Below, piece after piece: positions 1 to 14,500 of a stretch of 64,000 nucleotides of DNA. The position numbers and the translations under genes were made by a program. Numbering within the stretch: position 1 is the stretch's first letter; the number at the start of each line of letters is the position of its first letter. Location: positions 247,951 through 311,950 of the forward strand of contig JAQGDQ010000268.1 of the NCBI GenBank assembly GCA_030141605.1, read 5' to 3'. The DNA comes from Tubiluchus corallicola (lineage: Eukaryota; Animalia; Priapulida). The notes beneath the pieces are model-generated. The model was not told where the DNA came from, ran no database searches, and saw only the letters and a program-made list of their open reading frames with translations.

Positions 1-1008
1 TACAAGTGATAAAATACATACTGAAGAAAAAAATTGAACGGAAAACAACTGTGTACAGTACACGGCAGTCATTAGGCAGACAGCTAAGTTTGCCAAAACC
101 AAAATCTGATTATCAGAAATCCAGACTGGCACGTTCAGATACTCATACAGCTGTATAATAATGTAGATCAAGAATTAAGACTCACAGCAACAGAGAAACA
201 GTTAAAAGAAAATCATTGCTTAGTATTATTTTAAATTAAATTATATTTTCATCTGTTGTCATTTTTGAAATCTTAGTAACTTTTAGATTTTATCAGACTT
301 ATTTTCTGACACTAATTAACAATTTAAAATTCCTAATACTTAACGCTTAGGCTTTTAATTAAATGTTCATTTAGTTTAATGTATGCTGTTAATGTTTAAT
401 TTTTATTCGTTTAATTTTACTTATTTGAAATTATCTATTTATAGTGCTAACCATGCACGGACCATCATGGAAATATTGTATTATATGCAATTTTGATGCA
501 AATCTATGTAAAAAATAAATTTTTGTTCTATTCTATTCTATTCTATTCTAGCGTGAAACTGTAAATGATTTTCCATCCTTTGGCATTTTATCAACAATAA
601 TCAAAAATGTTGTCAAGGTTTCATTTCATTTCCATGTTTTTAACCAACTTGGTCTGAACCATCCTTTGAAATTGCAGACAAAATTTGGCCAGCTTCAGGT
701 AGTAAGTGAAAGACAGAACAAAGAGTAAGTCAGTCGTGTGGATTTCGAAGTTAAGAAATAGTGTAATATTTTTCTGAGAAGATTTGGAAAAAACATACAT
801 TATTTGCTGCCAAATTTTATAAATTTAAATTCTAGACAAAGTTGCCTAACTTTTTATTGCTCATTCTAGATTTCCGCCATAGTTATTTCAGCAGTGGGTG
901 TGAAGTCAGGCAAAATTTGCCACGGGTGATTTATCAATTCAAAATTTGGTCAACTCTGTGGTTTGTCCGAAATATGTAATGCTGACTGTACATAACATTT
1001 CTTTTTAG

Positions 1009-3713
1009 TTTCACAATGCAGAAGATGCCAAAAAAGCAATGGAGCAGTTAAACGGTTTTGAGCTTGCTGGACGACCAATGAAGGTGGGTCATGTGACCGA
1101 GCGGACTGATGCAGCATCCGCGGCTTCATTTTTGGACAGCGATGAATTGGACAGAACAGGGATCGATCTGGGAACGACTGGGCGGTTGCAGTTGATGGCG
1201 AAACTTGCTGAAGGTGAGACACTAATTAAGCTCACCTGTAATCATTACTTAGATCCTCACCTTTAATCAAACACGTCAGTAAATTTAAAATAAAATAATT
1301 TGTGTACTGCGAGATGAGTGTACAACCATATGCTCATTAACGCTCTCACCTTACTTAACTGAAAAAATGATTATAATTATTTATGCTTCTGTAGATAACT
1401 TAATAACGTAAATAAGGATGATGTAAATAATGAAACAGTAGCAATGGTATAAGAGTAATAAAACTGAAGGTTGAGAAAGGAAAATATAATGTGTAATTAC
1501 GACTTTGGGTGAACCCTAATTAGTGGAAAATATTAAATAGTTACGAATTTGAATTATCTGGTTATCTGTCGATGCAGCAACAAGCAGTAATAACTACATG
1601 TTTGTATGATAATGTATACTGTTAATTGTACATAATAGTACCATAATGATCCTTTAAAACTGTCAGTAAGTATGTAAGGCCTGTCTGGCCTTGTCATTTA
1701 CATTAAGTACATTCTGCCATTGATTGATGAATTCTGATTTGCACTAAGAATTTAAACGGTAGAAATAATAAACATGATAATTTTCTTTCAGGTACTGGTC
1801 TGCAGATTCCTGCAGCAGCGGCGACGGCACTGAACATGAATCCCCTAGGTGGCATCGCCAGTCTGAATCCTGGTAGCATTCAACAGCAACTTCAACAGCA
1901 ACAGCAACAAATTCAGCAACAGCTCGGACAAGCGGTCAGTGCTCCGGCCATAGCCACACCGTGCTTCATGCTTTCAAACATGTTTGATCCTACACAGTAA
2001 GTAACCAAGAGTGGCGAGGTTGTTTCCGTCAGATTGTGATTAACAATGCATTGGAAATGATAATTGTGTGTTCCCTGTTTTAGCATCGTGTCTGATTTAG
2101 TTCATCACCACTATTTAGGCGCTGGACATGTGTACGACACGAAGAAAAAATGATTTGATCAACTTAAGCGCGATCTTGTCCGCTGCTTAATTATACTCAA
2201 ATCGACACACATTGTCGATACGAACCCATTTTTTGTTTTCACATTTTGTTCCTAGCAATTCATGTTTATGACTAAAATCTAGAAATGTCACAAATCTGAA
2301 ATTACCAAATCCCAATCTAAACTGAATCTCATTTTATAATTCGAATCTTGATTTCCAGGTATTTCTTTCAGCCAAATTTTATTCTATTTTACGCAGTTTT
2401 CAATAAAATTATTCCACATTGGTAAGACAGCAGTGATTTTCACAAATGAAGATTACAGGTGACTTGTCTGAGCAGCACAGTTGACAGTAATTCTGCAGTA
2501 ATAAAACGATGATATAGTTCTGCTAAAGTAGTACAAGAAGTCTTAGCATTTGTGTTGAAACTAGCAGTTAAAACTGTAATATGATGCGTGCTTTCACGTA
2601 AAATTTCATGAGCTGGACACATGTTTAAACTGAATATGCCAATATTTGCATATTTCAAGTAGGACAAAATTTCAATAAAGACATCGATTTGTCATTTTGC
2701 TGAAAATTTTAAAAGCAAAAGTGCATAATTGCTTTGGTAATGGAGTGCTACCGAATTGCCTGTGTAGCCGAAGCTAAACCGAATTTCTTTTAAAAAACTC
2801 TGCAAAATCTTGTCAGGTTTAAAGTAACATTCAGCAAATCGAAATCGAAATTTTTTGAAATTGCTCTGAAAAATAAGTTTTTAATTTTTAAGTTTTTAAA
2901 ACTCTGTAAAAGTTTTAATTTTATAGTAAGCATAGATTTACTAAGCACATATTGACACATAAGAAACTACTATACTAACAAGTTCTATTACTTTTTTAAC
3001 CATGTTTATATTTTTGCAGGGAAAGCGGCCCATATTGGGACCAAGAAATAAGGCAGGACATCATTGACGAATGTAATAAACACGGCGGGGTGGTTCACAT
3101 ATTCGTTGACAAAGCTTCACCACAGGGAAACGTCTATGTCAAATGCGCTACCGTTCAGACTGCGGTCAATACCGTAAACAGCTTGCACGGTCGTTGGTTT
3201 GGAGGTATTGTAGCTTAAATTATAAACAATTTTTGGAGAAATTTGGGAATGTATATTAATGTTTTTAACTGGCTATAAAAAGCGGTAAGATGAAGAGAAC
3301 TGAGTGCCATTATTGTCTGCTCTGCTGCAATGTGAAGTAATGCTGGATCAGGTTTGTGATTTGGATGATATCAGCGGAATATATAGTAATTATGGGACAA
3401 TTTTAATCTTTTATGCTTTGCCAGTTACTACTTCTCTTCAGACAGATATCGGTGTGCTTTGTTGTAAATGGATATTGCCAATTATTATTTAACAGCAATA
3501 GAATAACTTTCTGTATGTCGTCTATCATTGACCTTCATAAAAATGTTGTCTCATTGTGTTTTATTAACTTGAAGAAGAATGCTAACTGTTTTTAAGTTCA
3601 ACTTAATTCTTTCTTTTCCAGGTAAAATGGTTACAGCAGCATATGTTCCTTTGCTGAATTATCATAATTTGTTTCCTGACTCCATGGCAACCGTACAGCC
3701 ATTACAGCGATAA
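1009..3713 (+). CDS. RBM39: RNA-binding protein 39 (CAPERalpha), 3' part; exons 1009-1213, 1792-1996, 3020-3204, 3622-3713; 5' exons lie outside the window
   Basis: Spliced translation FHNAEDAKKAMEQLNGFELAGRPMKVGHVTERTD...GIDLGTTGRLQLMAKLAEG|TGLQIP...CFMLSNMFDPTQ|ESGPYWDQEIRQDIIDECNKHGGVVHIFVDKASPQGNVYVKC...LHGRWFGG|KMVTAAYVPLLNYHNLFPD...QR*. This is the end of RRM2, the linker and the UHM domain of RBM39. All introns are GT-AG with compatible phases. Confidence 0.95.
2280..2870. mobile_element. Degenerate non-autonomous DNA-transposon copy, same family as 38875-39440
   Basis: Shares the blocks ggtaagacagca, tctgagcagcacag and tgtagccgaagctaaaccgaattt with 39149-39308. Boundaries are approximate. 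Confidence 0.6.
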
Positions 3714-4608
3714 TGCTACTTATTGTTTTTTCATTACCATTTCTTGTTTTCATTACCATTGCTATGTCTGCTGGTGGTCAGTGCTTACTACAGTTTGATT
3801 TTCACTGTCCATTTGCCGTTTGTCAAAATAGTAACTTTCCTCTGAGTTTTTAGACAATGTGTTTTTTTGATGAAAGTACATTTTAAAATTATTTTTAGTT
3901 TGAAAGTGAAGGCGCTTGTTGAAACCACCAAATTTGTGTTAGTAGCCTATTCATTACTGTACTCGTTTGAATTTTCTGTGTTTTTGTACATAAGCTGTTG
4001 ACACGTTTCAGTTTCACAGTAAATGTAAGTGCTGTGCAATGTATAGACTGTTTGTTTTAAAAACATCCACAATTTCGCACTGTGTCCTCGTTTGAAGACT
4101 TTCCCTTTTTTGATGATTCATCTAATGTTAATGAAGTTTCCATTCATGACGAATGGTTAACACTTTCTACCTGCTTAAAATACAAATTAACAAATTATTA
4201 GGTTGTACAGCAAGAAATAATTGCACATATATTTTTTTCAGATTGTGTAGTCATTGCTTTGCTAATATACAAGTAGTAAAATGTGCGCGACGTTTCATTT
4301 TCGTAAGCTAAGCATCATCGATTTTTTTTTACCGAGAAATGCATTGGTAGACATTTTACAGCCATGTATAAACCCTCAATTTAAGCGAGGACTTACTTCG
4401 TATATTTCTGTTTAGTAAAATTTTGGAGTTTTGTGCTTTACCATTGCATTATTACAACCAAAATCAGTACGATTTTTTCTAATGCATAGTACCTTGTGAC
4501 CGTCGTAATTGAGTTGTTTTTATCTGTTATTTTGTTTTTGATGGTCTGTCTACTATAATAACTTAACAAAAGAAATGTAACATTTGTACTATAAATACTG
4601 CAATATAA

Positions 4609-4614
4609 AATAAA
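4609..4614 (+). terminator. Candidate polyadenylation signal of RBM39
   Basis: AATAAA about 900 nt after the stop codon, followed by T/GT-rich sequence. Confidence 0.4.
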
Positions 4615-6739
4615 ATTTTAGCCTTTATGAAGTTTTGTCATCTTGTTTGTAATTTAGATGTCATGTCAATGAGAAATCATTGGCAATTTGAACCTGAAAC
4701 AGGTTTTCAAAATTTTGTCTATGGGTTTCCTCGAACTCAAGATTAAAAACTTGTCACTACCTGTTCAACAACATTAATTGACATGAACTAAAATATTATT
4801 AATAGTTTTTCTGATATAGAAGTTTTTATTTTTCTACAGTTTCAATCACAAAAATAGTAGCTATATCACTACTACATAAAAATTATACTTTCAACAATAA
4901 ATTACACAACATAGTGAATTCCAACTATTCACCATTCAACTATTCTATCTAAAAGCTTGAAGAAACTAGCGATATTACATAATATAAAAATAAGCAGACA
5001 TGTATGTACTTGCACCAGAAAACGAACGAACAAATTTGTAATATAAAAAATTGTCCCAAATAATCATTATAATACCTCAAAATTTTTGTTAGTTGTACGA
5101 AGAGGCTTACAAAAATTTTATTAATTAGAAAATCACTGTTTCACATGATAGTGGAATAATAATTTACAACAAAAGCTAAAAATACCAGACAAACATGACA
5201 CAAAAGTCATAAACGTTTATAACAACAATTTCTAATACTCCTAAATATCCTCTATGAGTTCACCACTTCTACAAATAATTAAACACTTCCAATAGAAAAC
5301 ACAAGTCGGCTTCTGAAGTTGAAAAGTGAAAATTTATGGCAAACAAACTGAAAAGCTAGATAATGGAATGTTACGTGATTACGTTAAATACCGAGTGTCT
5401 CATTTACAAGAAGTGTAAAAGTACAAATTTCCTCGACTGTAGTAGTTATTTAAACTGAAGAAATGTCAAAATATGTTTATCAATACTTTAGCACTTAATA
5501 TATGAACCATATAGATATTTGAAGGATCAATATATCCTTAATACATACAAAGACTTGATCTTAGCTGTACTAAAAAATTTGCAACCAAACTCTAGGGAAA
5601 AAGACCGATCAGTAGTTCCTAGTTTTTAGAGACCAAAGCCCATTTCAACTAGTTACAACTACCTGGAAAGTCTCATATAAACTCCTCTGGCAAAGACTTG
5701 TCTATTTTAAGAGGCAAATTTTGAATCACCAATCCCATTAAACCTTGTACACAGTTTATAATAAATATTTTAAACATCTTTTCCCAAAATTAAAACTGAA
5801 GCCTTTCCACTGTTTATAACTGATTAGAATCAATAGTTTAAAAAACTATTTAACTCTAGAGGCATTAGTAAATCTACAGGTTAATAAACTCTGGCAGCTA
5901 CGTATTTATTTTCACATGTACAGAGAGAATTCAGGCTGTGAATAGTGAAATAAAATTTAGGCCTAGACATACAATTTTCAGTCACTGTTTTATAGGGAAA
6001 TATAGGTAGCCTTTGGTACAACATGACTAGCAAAACAAAGCAATGCTACGCACACGCGCTGATCATTATGCCGATATCTCCAGAAACAATTTGGACTTCT
6101 AAAATTAAAGTTCACTGATGAAGTTTACAACCATCCAGTTAAAATATTTGTAAAAACTAAAATAAAATAAAATTAAATGTTTAGAAAACGACTTTTAGAA
6201 AATCATTTGCATTTGCACGAGCACAAATAAACTGCTATAAAACTGCTGTTTTGTCAAATCAACATGTATATACATTAAGTGTTGCCATTCCTAAAGGGTG
6301 GGTGATCCATGTAATGCATGATATGTAATATATAGTTATCTTAATGTATGTCTTTATATTTGTGACACCCGATTTTTTATCCAAATGGAAAAACCCTGCT
6401 TGCGCATTTTGGCTTCTTTTATCAGGTAAACTCCTGCAGCAAAACGCTCCGGTAATACGCGGTTACAATACAAGTGCACTGCTGTATATCATTAATACCA
6501 TCATAAGCATGCTTCACATAATGTTTATATGAAGTTTTAGTTCAAGACATACGACAATAAGAATGTAGCGGTGGGATTTAGCAGCTGCAACAGCCAAAAT
6601 TTCATTGATTTCATTAAAACAGAAAGCACATAAACATTAAGCAGCATTTATCAGACATGTGGAATGCTGTATGCATTACCTGAGGAACAAATTCAGGGGC
6701 TTTTACCAGACATAAGAAACGAAATGCGTAGTGTTCAGA

Positions 6740-7010
6740 TATGGCTGCTTCGCAGATCATGCGCATTGAAGATGATGTCATCATTGCCGAAGAAACTTGC
6801 TTTGCAACAACAACAAAAAATAAATTGCAGATTCCGCTGCGACAAAAGAAGACGGAAAAGTCTCGAATGAGTGGAACGTTCCGGCGACCAGCGATGTTTC
6901 AGAATGACATGGGAGCAGTTTGCCCAGCAACTCACTGATAAAATTTCAAGTAGTATATAAGATTACATTTTAAAGGCAACGTTTAACCATTTGTTTGAGG
7001 TAATAATTAT
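6740..7010 (+). mobile_element. Possible decayed PIF/Harbinger transposase N-terminal fragment
   Basis: GC-richer patch. Broken frames read KRRRKSLE*..MTWEQFAQQLTD..NFK*YIRL..TFNHLFEVI, resembling the F..Y.R(M/L)....F..L...I motif of Harbinger transposases. Confidence 0.35.
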
Positions 7011-8413
7011 CCAAATGATGAAATAATTTGATGATTATGAATTAATCATTACTAACGATGAAACAAACCTACAATATATTATAACCAATCTTTCAAGCCA
7101 AGCTTGACAGAAAAAGATAAAATAACATGAAAACTCCTGGATTTGAACCATGAGCTTTTGGAGTACAATTTCAGCATTACACAATAGTCCTTAAAGCAAT
7201 CTCAATGTAATTACTTAATTGTCTGTTAAAGGTAGGGATAAGTTATCAATTACTGGTGGGTTTTAAGGTCATTACTAGCATAACTATCAGACTGGTAGAG
7301 AAAAACGGAGGAAATTGAATCTAGGATCTTTCGATATCCAGCAAAAGTGGTCGGACATCACAATATCTTGGATTCATTTTGTTGCTAACAAGTGTCACGT
7401 GATCTTTTTTCCCTTGCAGAAAGGTCGTTAACAGATTTTTCCACAAACACAATAATGCATAACACAGGCCTGACAAACGGGTACAGAGAAAAAAATATAA
7501 ACTGAATTTTATCAATAATGCAATAACGAATATGCATAATGCATTCTGGATATCTAGAAAAAGCCGCTTTAAACTGGACACTGTAAGAAACAGCTTAGAA
7601 ATTACCTATAACTTTGAGTGCACTTTTGCACTAGTATTATATTATATTATAGTATTACATTAGTATTATATTGAATTGTTAATTTTTGCTTAGTAAACCG
7701 TAATTCATAAATATAAGCTACAAACTTATGAAACAACTGATATTGATAAAACAAGTATTATCGATTTTTCAGTCTCATATCTCTGAGACACATATTCACA
7801 AAAAAGAAACCATACTTTCATTCTGTTAAAATATGGCTACATTTATGAAGAATTTGCTTAATATCACATTTTGCTGAACTTTATTACCGTCATTAAGTGA
7901 AACGTATTCAATGACACAAGACATGCTTCTGGGTACAGCATTATGGTACTAAAGTCCATAATGCAACAGTTCTGAATTACAGATTTTAAAGGAAGAGCCA
8001 ATTTTTCAAGGAAAGTCGCGATTATACCACCCAGGGCGCACTCACTTTGAATGAAGTATGATGTCACATGGCCAACAGAAGGAAAGCAGCACAATAATTA
8101 ATACAATAAAAGTAAAATAAATATAAAAATAGATAAGTAGGTTTGCGATATTTCATAATAAACATTGGGAAAAAAAACGTAGCCACAGCTTCAACTTCAA
8201 TATTATGAGCCACACATATTGAAGACTAACTCCTGACTTTCCCTTTAAACTTCAGTTCTCATGCACTATTATTATTCTGCATAACCTACTAACAGTCGCA
8301 CAAGTCATAGGCATCGAAAAAAGTTAATGAAAAACTACCAGAAAATGAGGCAGCTGACAAAAAGGCATAACAGGATGCATCTCCAGCATTTTGTGCTGTT
8401 TTCCACATAACAA

Positions 8414-8580
8414 TTACGTACAATTGACATAAAAATAGTTAATGAAAATAAAAATGGTTAACATTAAATTTATCAGGCCGGCACTTGCTCCACCATCATC
8501 TCCATTATCTCCCTCATTCGGTGGAACCACTCGAAGCTCCATTGGCTCGGACACTGTGTAGAATGCTACAGCTTCATCAT
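8414..8580 (-). CDS. CD109: Terminal exon with GPI-anchor-like signal
   Basis: DEAVAFYTVSEPMELRVVPPNEGDNGDDGGASAGLINLMLTIFIFINYFYVNCT*: a small-residue cluster followed by a hydrophobic C-terminus. Confidence 0.8.
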
Positions 8581-11500
8581 CTGCAATATAGCACAAGAAG
8601 CTTCGATACCATACAGCAAATATTAGTTTGTGAAAAGGGAAAGGGGTAAAAATTCAAACAAATGTTAGCAAGAGCAGTATGCACACAGCTACTCGTCATC
8701 AGTAAAAGCTAAATATTTAACTAGAAACTTTAGTTTAGAACTTTATTAGTTTAGAAACTAGGGCCATAGCATAGGTCCATAATTTTGTTACACAAAGCAC
8801 ACAAAAATAACATAAGATTTTACTTCTGAGAAATGCTTATTGTACCAAATAAATAACCAGAAAAATGTGGTAGGCCAATAGGCCTACTAGTTTTTCCAGA
8901 GTTACCCAAACCCATCCATGGTGTGTTGTAAATAGGGATGCACCGGATCCCGTTTTTCAGATCCAGAGCGGATCAGGATCTGAATATGCCAGATCCGGTT
9001 CCGGCTCTACACATGAATATAATCTATATTTCATTTGTTTAGCCTTATGTTCATGTGGTGGTATCGCCTGTCCATTTTCAGGGTCACTGAGTAATTTAAG
9101 TAGAAACACTGATAGTTTTTTCTTACCGCTCTCATTTTTTTCACAATCTGTAGTTTTACACACAGAAAAATAGAAATACAAACAGTGCAAAAATTTAACA
9201 AACTGAATTATTGGTTGACACTAAAATTACTGGAACTGGTATATCCCTACTTGTAAACAACATGAAGCTTGTTAATTTGGCTATTTTTTTTTCAAAAATG
9301 CTAAAAATACCAGCGGATATCTTTGTTGTTCTCCTAGCATCACCAACAATGCATTTATTACTTTGAGTGTTATATCACACTTGCTTGTTTGTTGTTAATT
9401 ACATTCCAAATTTTTAATGAACAAATTAATTACGAGCACTACCACCTCGTTTGAAGTTAATTTTGGCAAAAACTGGAATCGAACTAGCATACCCGTATTG
9501 TAATAGTCGAATGCTCTGGTTGCCGTCTGTTTGGTTTTCTTCACGTCAAATGCCTGAAAACCATCAACTACAACACATGTGGTAGATTGTCCAATCTATG
9601 CAAAAAATGTTTACACAAATTGTTAACATACATCAGGAAAAAAGAGCAAAGAATATAAAACAACTACTCTGACTTCTTACAAATAATTTACTAAATGTTC
9701 AATTATTACTAAGGGAGTGTATCTAATGTTTTGTAATCAGAAATCAATTTGAACTTAAAATTATGGATTAAATGCTTCAATTACTTTAGTTCTTTTCCTT
9801 AAATCATCATGCGATCAGTTCAATTTAGCTGCTTTCCCTGTGCATAATTTTTTAAAAAGTATTATACTTCTAAACACAGAACAAAATCAAGCAATCACAA
9901 GGTTTTTGCAAGTGACAGAGTTTGATTTCTGAGTGTATATTTCAGTGTAAGTTCACTGTTCATTATAACACTTCCACTGCGTAAATTTTTATTAACAGTT
10001 ATTGAAGTCAAAACCCCAATATGCGGTCCTATAGCAAAAATAACGATGGCCTTTGAATGCATATATTTATCATAGTAATATAGATACAGAACAGCCTCAT
10101 GTTTTTCAGTGAAATGTAACGGAAGGTTAAAAGCTGTAAAATGAAGCCAAATGCTTCCACGGGAATGAAGGTAAATGACTTACAAAATGAATAAAATAAG
10201 GAATGACTAAATAATAAATATTAGCAATTAACTTTCATACCGAATTATAATACATATTAACTACTGTATTGCCGTCCACAGTTTCTATACGCTGCAAGTC
10301 TTTTATGTTTTTGCTGTTTGTCTCCGCTATCCTATCCATTCCAGTATCCGCTACGTATCCAGAAGGCATGTGAAGTTCAACTACGGTCATTCCGCTCGCG
10401 TCGCCATATTCTTTCTGATATCTGCAAAAAACAGAATAAAGAAATTAGCAAAATTTGGTGTTTTTAATACAGTTTTAGCTGGAAATATATGTATAAAATT
10501 ACTAAAGCAGTAGATAATGGATTACGTAATTTAACATGGCCAAAATTTATTCAAATAATTTTAATAAGCTTTCATAATTTTAATAAGCTTAAAATCTTTC
10601 ATAAAAACCAATCTCAATTACAAAAACTTTAGGAATCAGGGAACTTTAATTTAGGAAATCAAACTGGCTAAATAAATTTATTATCTGTACCTCATTTCTC
10701 ACTACTGCCGCCTGCATATAATTTTAACATATTAAAAGAATGGCTGACTGGATAACCTTTTGGTCGGCTCGCTATCCTCTCTCCTTTTCACTTATTACCA
10801 GCAATTAGGCTTCATTTACCTGTATACTATTCATCTATTGCTCCCTTATAGACTGGAAGTGGTTACTGTACATTTGTAAATTGGAGAAAAACATGAATTT
10901 CAATTTCGATAAATTTCAAACATCATTCATTTATACTGCTGCTCCTAACTTTATAAGTTCTTATCTCACTTCAATAGCTGATGTTAGAGGCACAACTTTG
11001 ATAATGAGTCAGGCACACTGCATTCCAACCAGCGGCGGGCTGATTCTAAAATTTCTACCAGGAAAACTTGTACCCATCAAAAGGATCCACTCAATCTCAA
11101 AATGTAGTCAAAGAAATCAAATAAAAGTAAAAGTTTTAAGCAAATAAAATATTACATCTATTTAATATTGTTGTATTCATTTATGTTAAAGCATGCTTAA
11201 CAAAAATACTAGAAAATTTTATTAATCTTATAATAAAAATGAAAATCTCACTTATAGAACAACCAACCCGAGTAATTTACAAAGCATAATTTGAAATAGT
11301 TTTCAAACTATAATTTAAATTAGAATGTGTGCATTTTTTAATCCGTACACACATCACTACAACAGTCAAAATTCGGTAACTTACAAAGCACAAATCTCCT
11401 AGACCGCAAACAATCTAGAAAACTGAGTCGATTTTTTCACAAAAAAAGGAATAATATCATTCACAGAAATTTCAGAAAATAAATGTTTTTCGATGCTCAT

Positions 11501-14500
11501 CAACATAAAACTTTCAAGTAACTCATTTGAGGGTGAAGAGTGTTATCGAGTTTTTACGATTTTCAACTTATTGAATGCACGTTCACAACTGACTTGTAAG
11601 AATGACTAGGTCAAAAGATATTAGTCAAAAAATACCCTCTCCCTGAACAGAAGTGCACAGCGCACAGTGAAGCAACCAGCTGAATAATTACGCTCAAAGA
11701 CATGCAACACATTTCTATTTTTGATATATAAGGGTGCCTATGTTCAGAATTTGAGCAAAATCTGAGATGGTGATGTGGTGAAATTCGCATAATACATCAA
11801 TGACAACAACAAAAAATAAAATAAAAGACGAGACCATTCCTCGACTTGCAATATACATAATATCATTGTAGATTATATATATTGTGGTTATGTCGAATAA
11901 TTTGTAACGGGTAATGTGTATATTGCCCAGACGCCCCTGATGCCCAGACGCACATACGCATGCACGCACACCTCGTACCCGGATACACATACGCATGTAT
12001 GTTTTGTTTTCATGTAAAATGTGTGAACATTTTAGTAACATGCTATGTTATGTATGTTGCTCTCACGTTTGTTCCTTTAAGTCATTCAACAAGCAAAAAT
12101 TCTGTGACGTAACAATAGAGCATTGAACAGAAAACAAGGTGCATGAAAAAAATGTTGAAAGTTGATGTTACAACAACACCACGGCAAAACACACCTCTTT
12201 ATAGGTTACTACATAACTGTGTTAGAAGAAAATATAATGGAAGTACAACGTATGAAAGTTGTAGCACCGCGTGAGCAATAATTTTCTGACCTATAGTTCT
12301 GGATTAAAGAATAATTCCAATATAGCTGTGCCAACAAAAAATCAATACTTACTTTGTACAGACCTCAACCTGAAGCGACTTGCCAACATTTTTAATGACT
12401 TTGGGTTGTATGAGAAATGCTGGCTTATGCAACTGCTGCTCTACGTTGTATGACCACTTCACCTAAAATGTACAAAATGATAATGTGATTAACATCAATT
12501 CATTGTTTGATCTAGGTCACTTGAAATTAGTTACTTGTTTTTGATTCCAAGCTTATTTTCTTTGATTTCATATATTTTCTTTGATGTTTTTTAACTGAAA
12601 TTTTTAAAAATGTTTAAATGTATCTATTTCTCAGCAGTCATATTTTTCTAGAAAAGAATTAACGGTACACAAAATAAAAGCTCCTTGCGCATTTTGCGAC
12701 AGTGTTTGAAGTGGTTTCGCAGACAGTTGTGATGCCAATTCGAAAAAAATCAAATCACACATCCCCTGAAAATTATTTTGTAGGATATAAAACAAGAAAT
12801 TTATTTTAAGTGGCTTTAAGATGCACAGTCAGTAGTGTTACACAAGCACATATTTACAAAGCTGAAACAGCCATGGCTATGTTACCTAATCGTTGCCAAG
12901 AGAATTCACTTGTTATCAGGGGGCGTACTAGGCTATAGCCTAGGGCGCCAAAGTTTCAGGGGTGTCATATTTTAGAAAAAATTCTTATTCTCCTGGGAAA
13001 ATGTGTATACTTTCATATTCATGTAAAGGGCATATTTTATAACACACCACAGGCAGTTACTGAGAGCAGCTCCTACATAAGTAAAACATAATGAACAGGT
13101 GCCAGGTATTACACAACAAGTGTGCAGTCTGCTGTAATATAAATGCTATACAAATACAAGTGATCAATAACAACTATGTAGAAATTATGTTAATAGTGTT
13201 TCTAATACACCACAGGTAATTACTTAATCTGCTCATTATATAAGCAACCATAAATTCACAATACAGTGAGCGGGACAAAACTATCAGCCTATGTCGTCAT
13301 GAAGCCTCGATATGTGGCTGCTTATTATTAGTGGTGCACAAGGCGATGCAATCAAGTGTCAGCGAACGTGCCAAGACATGTAGTCTCGTAACACCTAAGA
13401 TATTTGTTGAAGCACTTCACAAACAACATTGTGGCAAAAAAGTAGTTTTGAGAATTCAGAATTATTTGCAGTTTATAAACAACATACAATTTTAAAGTGT
13501 TGGACCAAGTAACACACTTGTAAGCACCGGGTGACATAGCTCAATAGTAAGCGAGCTTGCTTACCACCCAAGAGGTCGTGTGTTCAACTCTCGACCGAGT
13601 CATACCAAAGACTTAAAAATGATGCTCCTTGAGCATCGGAGTAACATGCGGGTAATAATAATCGGTACCACCTTGGAAAAATGTATGGAGTTACTTAAAG
13701 GGGTAATCCTTGGACTATTTCCTAAAGGAAATTATAATTATTATTACTATAAGCAAACACATTCATCACATCCTTTCATCAAACTTACATCACAATTTAT
13801 CACATGTTTGTGGCTAATAAAATTGCATTCATTCTCAATGCAAAAATAGCTAAATAAATATAATTAATTTCTTACCTGTACAAGCCCGGTGCCCGAACCA
13901 CTCGCATATATATCCACTGAATCAACAACAGGCAACTGTAAAAGTAATTGCAAAAAAAAAATACTAAAAAGCTGGAAAATCATGAAAATATGAGACCTGC
14001 AAAATCACAAAATTTCCAATATTAAGTGATCAATCAGAACTTAAGGTTAAGATTCAACAGCAATTTCTAAGTATTGATTACGGTAAAAAGTATTTGAACG
14101 TTCATTACCTATAGAACCATTCGTGCAATGAACAATTTGAATGTTCATTACCTATAGAATCATTCATGCAATGAACAATTTGAATGTTCATTACCTATAG
14201 AATCATTCGTGCAATGAACATTACTTTGCAAATTTATTCGAATTATCGTGGCAACAAAAGTGATATTCTGTTATTTAGAAGGAGGGGTGTGACAGTTTTC
14301 ACTGCTATTGTATCAATCTCTGAAAATTACATTAAAAATTTTATAACCAACCTTGTTATAACAGTATTCACTTACAACGAACTACCTCTGCTGTCTTGTT
14401 CATACTGTTTAAACAAACACTGTAAGGATGATGTAGGCCCAGACCAGGGCGATAGTCAATATAAAGTAATGTGAAGCATCTCTAGGTATTATTATTATTA

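Noticed and set aside
3285-3400. C/D-box snoRNA in the last RBM39 intron
   Set aside because: Only an imperfect C box (atgaaga) and one ctga; no terminal D box or closing stem.
6680-6934. Minus-strand segment with AG/GT ends (255 nt) as an alternative TEP terminal exon
   Set aside because: The phase-compatible translation (VSCWANCSH...) has no TEP similarity, and the + strand looks like a Harbinger transposase relic.
10881-12041. Short intronic ORFs from the six-frame track (these and most other 60-100 aa calls)
   Set aside because: AT-rich low-complexity translations without splice support or recognisable motifs; many are simply antisense to real exons.
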